Shown here in pieces: positions 48,106 through 57,090 of a stretch of 64,000 nucleotides of DNA. Source of the DNA: a bacterium (GTDB lineage Bacteria > Electryoneota > Electryoneia > Electryoneales > Electryoneaceae); NCBI GenBank assembly GCA_963669175.1, contig OY769902.1:2624001-2688000 (forward strand), written 5' to 3'. Every line of letters begins with the position of its first letter. Position 1 is the first letter of the stretch. Made by a program: the position numbers and the translations under genes. The notes beneath the pieces were generated by a model. It saw nothing but the letters and a program-made list of their open reading frames with translations, was not told the origin of the DNA and did not search any database.

Positions 48106-48561
48106 ATGCCGCAATCATTTGTTGCAAACTATATCCATCTTGTCTTTTCCACAAAAAATCGAATTTCCGCATTGAAAGGAACTGTTATTCAAAATGAATT
48201 ATTCCCCTATATCAATCAAGTTATCAAAAAAAATCATTCTACTTGTTTTATTATTAACGGAACAGAAAACCATATTCACCTCTTTATCTCATTGTCACCC
48301 AGGGTTGCACTTTCTGATCTGGTCCGGAATATTAAAAGAGCCTCATCAATCTGGTTGAAGGAAAAGGATGCTCAATTCAAGGAATTCCATTGGCAGGAAG
48401 GATATGCCGCCTATTCTGTAAGTCACAGCCTTATGACACAAGTAAGTTCGTACATAGAAAACCAGGAAAAACATCACAAGATGAAATCCTTCGAGGAAGA
48501 GTTTGTTGAATTCCTAAAAATGCAGAGGATGCACTATGATGAAAAATACCTGTTTGGATGA
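48106..48561 (+). CDS. tnpA: IS200/IS605-family Y1 HUH transposase, stand-alone (RAYT-like)
   Basis: HLVFSTKNR, NHIHL (HUH), WQEGY..SVS, YIENQEKHH (catalytic Tyr); GGAGG RBS; lower GC; no tnpB adjacent. Confidence 0.9.
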   Translation: MPQSFVANYIHLVFSTKNRISALKGTVIQNELFPYINQVIKKNHSTCFIINGTENHIHLFISLSPRVALSDLVRNIKRASSIWLKEKDAQFKEFHWQEGYAAYSVSHSLMTQVSSYIENQEKHHKMKSFEEEFVEFLKMQRMHYDEKYLFG

Positions 48562-48671
48562 TAACTTCCCCAACTCGCATCAAATTCTGTCTTGAGCTTC
48601 CCCATTGAGCGGAGCCGTTCAAAGCCGTATACTCCCTCCAAAGCAAACCATAACCAAAGCAGGGTAGTAGC

Positions 48672-49217
48672 ATGGCGATCAAGTTTCCATCGCAGGAACA
48701 GACAGACCAGGCGCAGAGCCGTCTTGAAGCGCTGGCACGGATAGACCGATATATCGAGATGATCGAAGCCGGGCAAGGTACCGCAGAACTGTTGTACAAC
48801 CTGGGTGTGGCTTACCTGGAAGTGGGTGAGTGGGACGAAGCACAGCGGGCGTTCGAAGAATCAGTCCGTCATGACCCGCGTCTGCTCCAGGGCTATGTCA
48901 ACCTGGGCGCGGTGCATTTCCAGCAGGGACGTCTGGATGAGGCCGTCACCAACATGCGTAAGGCGCTGGAGCTTCAGGACGATTTCCTGCCGGCACGTTC
49001 CAACCTGGGCATCACCCTGATGAAGATGGGACGTCACCAGGAAGCGATCAAGGAACTGGAAATCGTACATGAAGCCGAACCGAAATACCCAGCTGCATTG
49101 GGCGCGTTGGCCATGTGTTACAAAGCCGTAGGCGATGAAGACAAGGCAGAAGCGTTGCGCAAGAAAGCGGAAGAAATGGGTGTCCGCTTCAGCACGCCAG
49201 ATGAAGAACAGAAGTAA
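48672..49217 (+). CDS. TPR-repeat protein upstream of the dsr operon
   Basis: YNLGVAY..A..F, YVNLGAVH..G.LDEA, SNLGITL..G..EA repeats. Confidence 0.85.
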   Translation: MAIKFPSQEQTDQAQSRLEALARIDRYIEMIEAGQGTAELLYNLGVAYLEVGEWDEAQRAFEESVRHDPRLLQGYVNLGAVHFQQGRLDEAVTNMRKALELQDDFLPARSNLGITLMKMGRHQEAIKELEIVHEAEPKYPAALGALAMCYKAVGDEDKAEALRKKAEEMGVRFSTPDEEQK

Positions 49218-49239
49218 TTCGTACTTGCAGAAATGATTG

Positions 49240-49516
49240 AATTTACAGGATGAACAGGATAAATAGGATATCAAGGATAACTGATAATTATGATGAATTA
49301 AAACGAATGGGTAAAGGATGGAAGGCGACTTCGTTTCTGTTGAATAACTGAAGTTGATTATCTGACCAGGAAAGAGAAAACCTCGAACCGGCTCTGAGAT
49401 CAGGGCTGGTTTTTTTTAAATAAACCAGTTTTCAGTTTTATATCCTTTTCATCCTTTCAATCCTTTGCATCCTGTAAATTCTTGCAGATCCTGTAAATTC
49501 TTGCAGATCCTGTGAA
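49240..49516. repeat. Inverted pair of 9-bp-periodic AGGAT/ATCCT repeat tracts
   Basis: GAATTTACAGGATGAACAGGATAAATAGGATATCAAGGAT faces ATCCTTTTCATCCTTTCAATCCTTTGCATCCTGTAAATTC; the right tract also has a tandem duplication ATCCTGTAAATTCTTGCAG. A related tract lies at ~58098-58130. Confidence 0.75.
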
Positions 49517-49570
49517 TACTGGCGAATGGCAGGAGAGGGGGTTGAGATTTTTCGAGTTAACCTCTCTTAA

Positions 49571-49588
49571 TCGTGAAAAGCTTCACGA
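49571..49588. promoter_or_regulatory. Rex-type operator upstream of dsrT-dsrMKJOP
   Basis: TCGTGAA-AAGC-TTCACGA, perfect 7-4-7 palindrome matching the Rex consensus TTGTGAA-N4-TTCACAA (TCGTGAA variant in sulfate reducers). Confidence 0.7.
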
Positions 49589-49721
49589 GATTTTGTATCT
49601 TTCCTGATCCCGATAAGGGGAAAGGCGGCACTGCTCACAAGCGTGTGAGCGACCTTCCTGCAATCCGCAGGCGTCAAAGAACACAAACCGTTTGAACCAC
49701 GCCGGTAAGGGGGGCGAACCG

Positions 49722-50246
49722 ATGAGGATCTGGCAACGGTTGAAGGAGAGAGAGCAAGCTCTGCTCGACCGGTGGCGCACTCTCATCACCGAATCCTACC
49801 CGAAAGAAACCAGTCTGTTCCTGCAAAAGAAGAAAAACCAGTTTGCGAACCCGGTTGGGCATAACATCCGGAAGGTAACGCAAGACCTGGTTTCCATCTT
49901 TTTGTCTGAAGAAGAAATCGGCGCTCCGCCTGATTCGTTGCTCAACTTTGTGAAAATTCGTGCAGTCCAGGAATTCTCTGCTGCACAGGCGGTTGGCTTC
50001 GTGTTTTTCCTGAAGCAGGCTGTACGTGAACTACTGGAAAAAGAAAAAGATATACAGGTGTCCACCAAGGACTGGTTCGATGTGGATCACCGTATCGATT
50101 ATCTCGCGCTTGTGACTTTTGACGCATACGTAGTTGCACGGGAGAAGCTGTTCAACATCCGGATCAGGGAGTTGAAGACGGGGGCTTATCATGTCATGAA
50201 CGGCACCTCGCCATTTGATCAGGATGACAAACTATCTTCGTCATAG
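49722..50246 (+). CDS. dsrT: DsrT (RsbRD N-terminal domain protein)
   Basis: W..LI.ESYP, NQFANPVG, VKIRAVQEFSAAQAVGFVFFLK, ID.LAL..FD.Y...RE; located immediately before dsrM. Confidence 0.88.
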   Translation: MRIWQRLKEREQALLDRWRTLITESYPKETSLFLQKKKNQFANPVGHNIRKVTQDLVSIFLSEEEIGAPPDSLLNFVKIRAVQEFSAAQAVGFVFFLKQAVRELLEKEKDIQVSTKDWFDVDHRIDYLALVTFDAYVVAREKLFNIRIRELKTGAYHVMNGTSPFDQDDKLSSS

Positions 50247-50318
50247 AAAAACAAGAAACGATACAGTAACTAACTCCCGTTTCGACGGGACACCGCAACA
50301 GGAAAGGAGGAAGACCGT

Positions 50319-51359
50319 ATGAGATTTTGGTTTTCCCTCTTCGTGATGCTGATTTTGATCGCCATCCCGTGGTTTGTATCGGGAACGGCTACGGTGTTTT
50401 TCGCTGTAGTCATGCCGTACATCGCGCTGGTGGTTTTTCTGGTTGGCATTGCGCTCAAGCTGCTGAAGTGGTCACGGTCAGCTGTACCGTTCCGCATCCC
50501 CACGACGTCGGGACAGCAGAAATCGCTGAGTTTCATCAAGAACGACAAGCTGGAAAGTCCGCCAAACGCTTTCTGGACAACGATGCGGATGGCTGCTGAA
50601 ATCCTGTTCTTCCGTTCCCTGTTCAGGAACACGGCAACGGATATCAAGGAAGATCGGAATGGTGAAGAACGTGTGGTCTACGGTTCCAGCAAGTACCTGT
50701 GGGCCGCAGGCATGGCGTTTCACTACACCTTCCTGATCATCGTGCTGCGTCACTTTGACTATTTCAGCGATCCGACGCCGTTCTTTGTTCCCTGGATCAA
50801 CGCATTTGACGGCTGGGTACAAATTGGTCTGCCGGTGCTGTACATGACAGACGCGCTTTTCCTGGCTGCGGTTGGTTATCTGTTTGTTCGCCGTGTCTGG
50901 GATCCCAAGATCCGTTATATCACCATGGCGCAGGACTGGTTCCCGCTGTTGCTGATCCTGTCGATCGGTACAACCGGTGTGTTGATGCGGTACTTCATGA
51001 AAACTGACATTGTCAGTGTGAAGGAATACGCAGTGAGCCTGTTCGGCGCACAACCCACTGTTCCGGCTGAGCTTGGTACGATATTCTGGATTCACCTGTT
51101 CCTGGTTTGCTGCCTGTTGATTTATTTTCCGTTCAGCAAGCTGATGCACATGGCGGGCGTATTTCTCAGCCCGACACGTAACCTGGCGAACAACAACCGG
51201 ATGAAGCAGCATGTCAACCCGTGGAATTACGATGTCAAGGTTCACACTTACGCGGAATATGAAGAGGAATTCCACACGGTGATGAAGGCTGCCGGGTTGC
51301 CATTGGAGAAAGAATACGCAGATCCGAAACCTGCTGCCAAAGAAGCTGAGAAGGAGTGA
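50319..51359 (+). CDS. dsrM: DsrM, membrane b-type cytochrome subunit
   Basis: VPFRIPTTSGQQKSL, FFRSLFRNT, FHY..LRH, HLFLV..YFPFSKLMHMAGVFLSPTRN, HVNPWN. Confidence 0.95.
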   Translation: MRFWFSLFVMLILIAIPWFVSGTATVFFAVVMPYIALVVFLVGIALKLLKWSRSAVPFRIPTTSGQQKSLSFIKNDKLESPPNAFWTTMRMAAEILFFRSLFRNTATDIKEDRNGEERVVYGSSKYLWAAGMAFHYTFLIIVLRHFDYFSDPTPFFVPWINAFDGWVQIGLPVLYMTDALFLAAVGYLFVRRVWDPKIRYITMAQDWFPLLLILSIGTTGVLMRYFMKTDIVSVKEYAVSLFGAQPTVPAELGTIFWIHLFLVCCLLIYFPFSKLMHMAGVFLSPTRNLANNNRMKQHVNPWNYDVKVHTYAEYEEEFHTVMKAAGLPLEKEYADPKPAAKEAEKE

Positions 51360-53023
51360 GCATGTCATCTGAACCAAGATTTACCAAGAGTGGCCTGCTC
51401 CAGATCGACACCCGTCCACCGAGTAAGGATTGGACCGATCCCTCCATCAACTTCGAGGAGAAGCGCGGGAACTGGTGTTACTCCGGCGTTCTGGCCTCTT
51501 TGAAATACCTGGACCTTCCGACCCCGGACCACAAATGGGCGCCGGATGAAGAGAAGTGGCCACTTCCGGAGAACTGGAAGCAGATCATTATGGACGGTCT
51601 GCATGAGAGGCTGAAGAAATTCCGCACTCTGCAGATCTTCATGGATATTTGTGTACGTTGCGGCGCCTGTGCGGACAAGTGCCATTTCTTCATCGGGTCT
51701 GGCGATCCGAAGAACATGCCGGTGCTGCGTGCCGAGCTGCTGCGTTCGATCTACCGTAAGAACTACACGATGGCCGGGAAGATCATGGGCAAGATGGTTG
51801 GCGCCCGTGACCTGACCGAGGATGTGATCAAGGAGTGGTTCTACTACTTCTACCAGTGTACCGAATGTCGTCGTTGCAGCGTGTTCTGCCCCTACGGCAT
51901 CGACACGGCTGAGATCACCATGATCGTTCGAGAGCTGCTGTCCCTGCTGAACCTGAGTGTGGACTGGATCGTCACCCCGGTGGCGAACAGCTTCCGTACA
52001 GGTAACCACCTGGGTATCCAGCCGCATGGTGTGGCGGATAGCCTTGAATTTGCTGCGGACGACCTGAAAGACATCATTGGTATGGAGGTCGAGGTGCCCA
52101 TCAATAAGAAGGGCGCTGAGATTCTGTTCATCACCCCGTCAGCAGACTATTTCGGTGAACCGCACTACTTCACCCTGTTGGGCTACCTGGCGCTGTTCAA
52201 ATATCTCGACCTGGATTATACCTGGAGTACCTACGCATCAGAAGGCGGTAACTTCGGCCTGTTCCACAGCCATGAGATGATCAAGCGGCTGAACGCGAAG
52301 ACCTACGCCGAAGCGGATCGTTTGGGTGTGAAGTGGATCCTGGGCGGTGAATGCGGTCACATGTGGCGTGTGTATCATCAGTACATGCACACCATGCAGG
52401 GCAAAACTCCGCCGAAACTGGAAGTGCCGAAGAGTCCCTTTACCGGTACTGTGTTCGATAATGCTTCCGTGACCAAGATGATCCATATCGCCGAGTTCAC
52501 GGCCGACCTGATCAATAACGGCAAGCTGAACCTGGACAAGAGCCGTAACGATCACTGGACCCCGACCTTCCATGACAGTTGCAACCCGAGTCGCGCCATG
52601 GGGCTGCTGGATGAGCCACGTTACATCCTGAACGCGACCTGTAACAACTTCGTGGAAATGCCGGAAAATACCATTCGTGAACAGACTTTCTGCTGCGGTT
52701 CGGGCGCTGGTCTGGGTACGGACGAAAACCTTGAGGCACGGTTGCGTGGCGGCCTGCCACGTGGCAACGCTGTGAAGTATGCCCGCGATGAGTACGGCGC
52801 AAATATTCTGCTGTGCATGTGCGCCATTGACAAAGCGACCCTTCCGGCCGTCTGCGATTTCTGGGCGGAAGGTGTTGAGGTTGGTGGTGTTCACGAAATG
52901 GTTGGCAACGCTCTGATAATGCCAGGTGAAACCCATCGTGAAACCGACCTTCGTGGCGAACCTTACCCCGAACCCGAAGAAGCGAACGACACCAAGAGCG
53001 AGGAGGTGACTGAGAATGCATGA
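51356..53023 (+). CDS. dsrK: DsrK, HdrD-like Fe-S catalytic subunit
   Basis: CVRCGACADKCH, CTECRRCSVFCP, ASEGGNFG, GECGH.WR, HDSCN, CCGSG, CAID. Confidence 0.95.
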   Translation: MSMSSEPRFTKSGLLQIDTRPPSKDWTDPSINFEEKRGNWCYSGVLASLKYLDLPTPDHKWAPDEEKWPLPENWKQIIMDGLHERLKKFRTLQIFMDICVRCGACADKCHFFIGSGDPKNMPVLRAELLRSIYRKNYTMAGKIMGKMVGARDLTEDVIKEWFYYFYQCTECRRCSVFCPYGIDTAEITMIVRELLSLLNLSVDWIVTPVANSFRTGNHLGIQPHGVADSLEFAADDLKDIIGMEVEVPINKKGAEILFITPSADYFGEPHYFTLLGYLALFKYLDLDYTWSTYASEGGNFGLFHSHEMIKRLNAKTYAEADRLGVKWILGGECGHMWRVYHQYMHTMQGKTPPKLEVPKSPFTGTVFDNASVTKMIHIAEFTADLINNGKLNLDKSRNDHWTPTFHDSCNPSRAMGLLDEPRYILNATCNNFVEMPENTIREQTFCCGSGAGLGTDENLEARLRGGLPRGNAVKYARDEYGANILLCMCAIDKATLPAVCDFWAEGVEVGGVHEMVGNALIMPGETHRETDLRGEPYPEPEEANDTKSEEVTENA

Positions 53024-53513
53024 TGGTGGCAAGATCATTCTGTTCCTGATCATCCTCCTGGTGCTGTTCACCGCTCCGGTGTGGTACAACATCATCGGGG
53101 GACAGGCAGGCAAGGAAGTAAATCCGGTGATCGCAACCGCGGATGAGCCGGGCAGGGATAAATGCGTGTACGATAAAGAGTACATGCTGGGTAACCATAT
53201 GAATGTCCTGAACCAGTGGCGTGACGATGTGGTCCGTCGCGGGGACCGTATCCATGTGACCGAAGATGGCCGCAGGTTCAGCAAGAGCCTGTCGTTGACC
53301 TGTATGGACTGTCACAGCAACAAGGAAGAGTTCTGCGACAAGTGCCATGATTACATGGATGTGACTCCCTATTGCTGGACATGCCATATTGAGCCGTCAC
53401 TGTACGGAGAAAGAGTGGTCGTGGAAGCGCCTGAGGTTGCTACTGGAGAAGAGATAAAAGGCGAAGACATGACCGTCGGTCACCCGACCGGAACACACGG
53501 GGAGGGTCACTGA
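53016..53513 (+). CDS. dsrJ: DsrJ, triheme cytochrome c
   Basis: N-terminal TM; HM.VL..WRD.VVR; CMDCH, CDKCH, CWTCH. Confidence 0.93.
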   Translation: MHDGGKIILFLIILLVLFTAPVWYNIIGGQAGKEVNPVIATADEPGRDKCVYDKEYMLGNHMNVLNQWRDDVVRRGDRIHVTEDGRRFSKSLSLTCMDCHSNKEEFCDKCHDYMDVTPYCWTCHIEPSLYGERVVVEAPEVATGEEIKGEDMTVGHPTGTHGEGH

Positions 53514-54301
53514 TGACAGTCGATAGACGAAAATTCGTAAAGGTTGCCGGACTGGGCATGATTGCCCTGGCAGCCAAACCGGCGGCAGAACTGTTTGGCA
53601 AGGATATCGAACATGTTCCAGCCGGTACTGCCCATAAACTGGATGTCGATCATCCGAAGACCGCCAAACGGTGGGCGATGGTGATTGATACTCGCAAGTG
53701 TCGTGAAAATCCGGACTGCGATGCCTGTATCAATGCCTGTCATGATGTTCATAACGTGCCGCATTTTGAGGAAAAAGACGAGATCAAGTGGATCTGGAAA
53801 GAAAGCTATCACCATGCTTTTTCCGGCGATGACAACGAATACATGCCGCATGACATTCTGCATTCGAATGTCCTGTTGCTGTGTAACCACTGTGATGATC
53901 CGCCTTGTGTGAAGGTGTGTCCGCCGAAGGCGACATTCCAGCGTGAAGACGGTATCGTGATGATGGACTGGCACCGTTGTATCGGTTGTCGTTATTGCAT
54001 CGCGGCCTGTCCTTACGGTTCACGTTCGTTCAACTGGCGTGACCCGCGCGAAGGCTTGGAAAACAAGAACCCGAACTTCCCGACACGGGAAAAGGGCGTT
54101 GTTGAAAAGTGTACATTCTGCGACAGCCGACTGGCGCGCGGCCAGTTACCGGCCTGTGTTGAGGTCTGCCCGCATCACGCGCTGACATTCGGTGATATTG
54201 ATGATCCGAACAGCGAGGTGCGTGAGATTCTCGAACAGAACAACACGATTCGCCGCAAGCCCAGTTTGGGTACAAAACCGCAAGTTTTCTACATTGTGTG
54301 A
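53513..54301 (+). CDS. dsrO: DsrO, Tat-exported ferredoxin-like subunit
   Basis: DRRKFVK Tat motif; RWAMVID, CNHCDDPPCVKVCP, CIGCRYCIAACPY, KCTFC. Confidence 0.95.
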   Translation: MTVDRRKFVKVAGLGMIALAAKPAAELFGKDIEHVPAGTAHKLDVDHPKTAKRWAMVIDTRKCRENPDCDACINACHDVHNVPHFEEKDEIKWIWKESYHHAFSGDDNEYMPHDILHSNVLLLCNHCDDPPCVKVCPPKATFQREDGIVMMDWHRCIGCRYCIAACPYGSRSFNWRDPREGLENKNPNFPTREKGVVEKCTFCDSRLARGQLPACVEVCPHHALTFGDIDDPNSEVREILEQNNTIRRKPSLGTKPQVFYIV

Positions 54302-54311
54302 GGGATAGATC

Positions 54312-55481
54312 ATGATTGAAAAAGCGTTACACGGTGGAAAGGCATACTGGGCGCTGATCGTGGTCATCCTTGGGGTGATTGGGGTTGGCGTAGCCACCTG
54401 GTTCTATCAGTACCACAATGGTCTGACAGTAACCGGGTTAAACCGGGACGTGTCCTGGGGGCTGTATATCGGCCAGTTGACTTTCTTTGTGGGTGTCGCG
54501 GCGTCTGCAGTTATGCTCGTACTGCCGTACTACCTGCACGATTACAAAGCGTTTGGCAAGATGACGGTGTTGGGTGAGTTCGTCGCCATTGCTTCCGTCA
54601 TCATGTGCGTGTTGTTCGTGTTTGTCGACCTTGGCAAGCCGATGCGCATTACCAATGTCTTCCTGCATCCGAACCCGATATCCATGATGTTCTGGGATAC
54701 GATCGTGTTGTCCGGTTACATGTTGCTGAACATCCTGATCAGCCGTGTTGCCCTGGATGCGGAGAAGAAGGGTATTGCACCGCCGAAGTGGATCAAGCCG
54801 TTCATCATCCTGTCGATTCCATGGGCGGTCAGTATTCATACTGTCACGGCATTCCTGTATGCCGGCCTGGTTGCTCGTCCCTTCTGGATGACGGCTGTTA
54901 TGGCGCCTCGATTCCTGGCGTCTGCGTTTGCCGCCGGTCCGGCTCTGCTGATGATTTTTGCGTTGATCATTCGCAAGTTCACCAAGTTTGATCCGGGCGA
55001 AAAGGCGATCAACCGTCTGAGCATCATTATCACGTATTCCATGGCGATCAATGTTTTCCTGATTCTGATGGAAGTCTTCACCGCGGCCTATAGCGGGATG
55101 CCGGAACACCTGGACCACTTCAAGTTCCTGTATACCGGCATTACCGATGCGAACGGTGTCACCCATACACAGATGGTACCGTGGATGTGGGCATCGTCGA
55201 TCCTGGCGCTGGTTTCCCTGTTCATCCTGTTTGTTCCGAAACTACGGAAGAACCACGGTTTGTTGTTCATGGCTTGTGCGGCGGTGTTCATTTCGCTGTG
55301 GATTGACAAGGGTTTCGGCCTGATGATCGCCGGATTCACCCCGACACCGACTCACCAGATCGCGTACTACATGCCGACATTGCCGGAATGGTTGATCATG
55401 TTCGGCATCTTCGGGATTGGCGCGTTTATCATCACCACGTTGTACAAGGTGGCGCTGACCATGCGTGGAGCGGTGAAATAG
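54312..55481 (+). CDS. dsrP: DsrP, NrfD/PsrC-family membrane subunit
   Basis: TGLNRDVSWGLYI, PWAVSIHTVTAFL, APRFLASAF, WIDKG. Confidence 0.95.
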   Translation: MIEKALHGGKAYWALIVVILGVIGVGVATWFYQYHNGLTVTGLNRDVSWGLYIGQLTFFVGVAASAVMLVLPYYLHDYKAFGKMTVLGEFVAIASVIMCVLFVFVDLGKPMRITNVFLHPNPISMMFWDTIVLSGYMLLNILISRVALDAEKKGIAPPKWIKPFIILSIPWAVSIHTVTAFLYAGLVARPFWMTAVMAPRFLASAFAAGPALLMIFALIIRKFTKFDPGEKAINRLSIIITYSMAINVFLILMEVFTAAYSGMPEHLDHFKFLYTGITDANGVTHTQMVPWMWASSILALVSLFILFVPKLRKNHGLLFMACAAVFISLWIDKGFGLMIAGFTPTPTHQIAYYMPTLPEWLIMFGIFGIGAFIITTLYKVALTMRGAVK

Positions 55482-55502
55482 CAGCACGTTTCAGTCTTTT
55501 CA

Positions 55503-55537
55503 GGGGGTCGGGGTATTTATGATCCCGGCCCCTTTTT
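55503..55537 (+). terminator. Terminator of the dsr operon
   Basis: GGGGTCGGG...CCCGGCCCC followed by TTTTT. Confidence 0.75.
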
Positions 55538-55542
55538 GTTGG

Positions 55543-55592
55543 AAGTGAAAAAAGTGAAAAAAGTGAAAAAGGTGAAAAAAGTGAAAAAGGTG
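55543..55592. repeat. 9-bp tandem repeat (ARGTGAAAA x5.5)
   Basis: Read directly from the sequence. Confidence 0.9.
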
Positions 55593-56114
55593 GGTGGCCC
55601 TGTACGTTTCTAACAATACTGTATAGGAGTGCATGGCCCGATTTGCCGGAAGTGCAACATGATACTATCGAGATGCTGACAAGATTTGTGGGGCGTCGTC
55701 TTATGATGCGGATCATGAGCAAGTCGGGAACTGCGGAGAGCCTGGGTGGCCGATCCGCAGGTACAAATGCTGCCACTATACTTGAAACAAGAAAACAATG
55801 AGGAACTATCCATTCTTGATGAGGTATTGAGCGAATCGGGACAGTGATAGGGAATTGTGTTTTCTCTATTGCCCGAAACCCATTCCCGATGCGCTCAAGA
55901 GTACGAAGAGGAATGAGATGCAGTGGGTATATTTCTTTTGAACCGAAAACGGAAAGTGCATCACTTGAGGTTCTGGCCAACCAGTCCATTTTTGTTTGAA
56001 GTGGAAAGTGAAAAGGTGAACAAAGTATAACTGTAGGATATGTCTTGGATTAGATTTGTGGTGCGCCTTTCACTGTTGAGATGAAAGAGTGTGACAGTCA
56101 CAATTGGAGAAACC

Positions 56115-57023
56115 ATGAAACAAGCACGCATCATTTTCCTGGCCGGAGTAGCAAGCCTGCTTCTCTTCACCGGAATTGGCTGCAAGAAGCAGGAACAAAT
56201 ACCTGGTGCGTCAGCATGGAATCAGGAACCGGAAAAAGCAGTGGAAACCAGAGCGGCGAGCCAGGATCCGGAAGAAGTGTTGGAGACGCTGGTCGTTGAT
56301 GCGGATGTGGATGTTGAGATACGAATGCAGTTCATTCCGGTTTTTAATCGAAAAGACCCGATGAGCTATGAAGATATGGGCGAAGACTACGAGAAGATGG
56401 AAGGTTGTGTCGCAAAAGCAGAATCACTGCTTGCCGCCCAGCGTGATATGAACTATAACCTTTTAACAGCAGCCGGTGGAGTTTCTGATTTCCCTTATTA
56501 CGATCAAGCTGGTCAGGCCTGGAATCTTGCATATTCTGAACTTGGCGAGAGAAACAACTGGTATCTGTTTTCACTTTGTTGCGATAGTGATACCGTGTAC
56601 CAGTTTGAGACGCCATTTGGGTATCCTTTCAAGGTTCTACATGGAATCATCTTTCACGATACAACCTGGGTATTGGGGTATCATCGTATCACAAGAGAAG
56701 AACACGATTTATCCATACAATATGAAACAATTATAAATGGCGTCAGCTTCAATGACCAGGAAGGGTATGACGAAGTTGACTTCTACGGTTGGATAGAAAA
56801 CGAACCTTTCTATGTCTTCAAGAAGGGAGATCAATATGGGTATGTTTATAAAAATCAAGTAGTAAATGTCGGTTGGTCGTATTTATATAATAGCGCTGGT
56901 GATGGCAGTCCAAAGTACACCTATCCGGAGAAAAGAAAGCAGGGCATGTTCTTCCAGGTACAGGAAGATGGGTACTGGGGATTTGTGGTACTGTACAGTG
57001 AAGTGATTGCCAAGAATGTGTGA
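56115..57023 (+). CDS. Putative lipoprotein, paralog 1
   Basis: GGAG RBS; lipobox-like FTGIGC; similar along its length to the next ORF. Confidence 0.75.
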   Translation: MKQARIIFLAGVASLLLFTGIGCKKQEQIPGASAWNQEPEKAVETRAASQDPEEVLETLVVDADVDVEIRMQFIPVFNRKDPMSYEDMGEDYEKMEGCVAKAESLLAAQRDMNYNLLTAAGGVSDFPYYDQAGQAWNLAYSELGERNNWYLFSLCCDSDTVYQFETPFGYPFKVLHGIIFHDTTWVLGYHRITREEHDLSIQYETIINGVSFNDQEGYDEVDFYGWIENEPFYVFKKGDQYGYVYKNQVVNVGWSYLYNSAGDGSPKYTYPEKRKQGMFFQVQEDGYWGFVVLYSEVIAKNV

Positions 57024-57090
57024 TAGAGGTGATTCAGGGCAGTTAACAGGATAGTTGTACTTACTGGCGAGCTCCATTTCAGGAGAATTC

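Noticed and set aside
48106-48561. IS605 element with TnpB/omega RNA
   Set aside because: No tnpB follows; the next gene is a TPR protein and no clear right-end hairpin was seen.
55600-56000. Possible pseudogene after the dsr operon
   Set aside because: Plus-strand frames translated by hand and the minus-strand ORFs in the track gave no recognisable protein.
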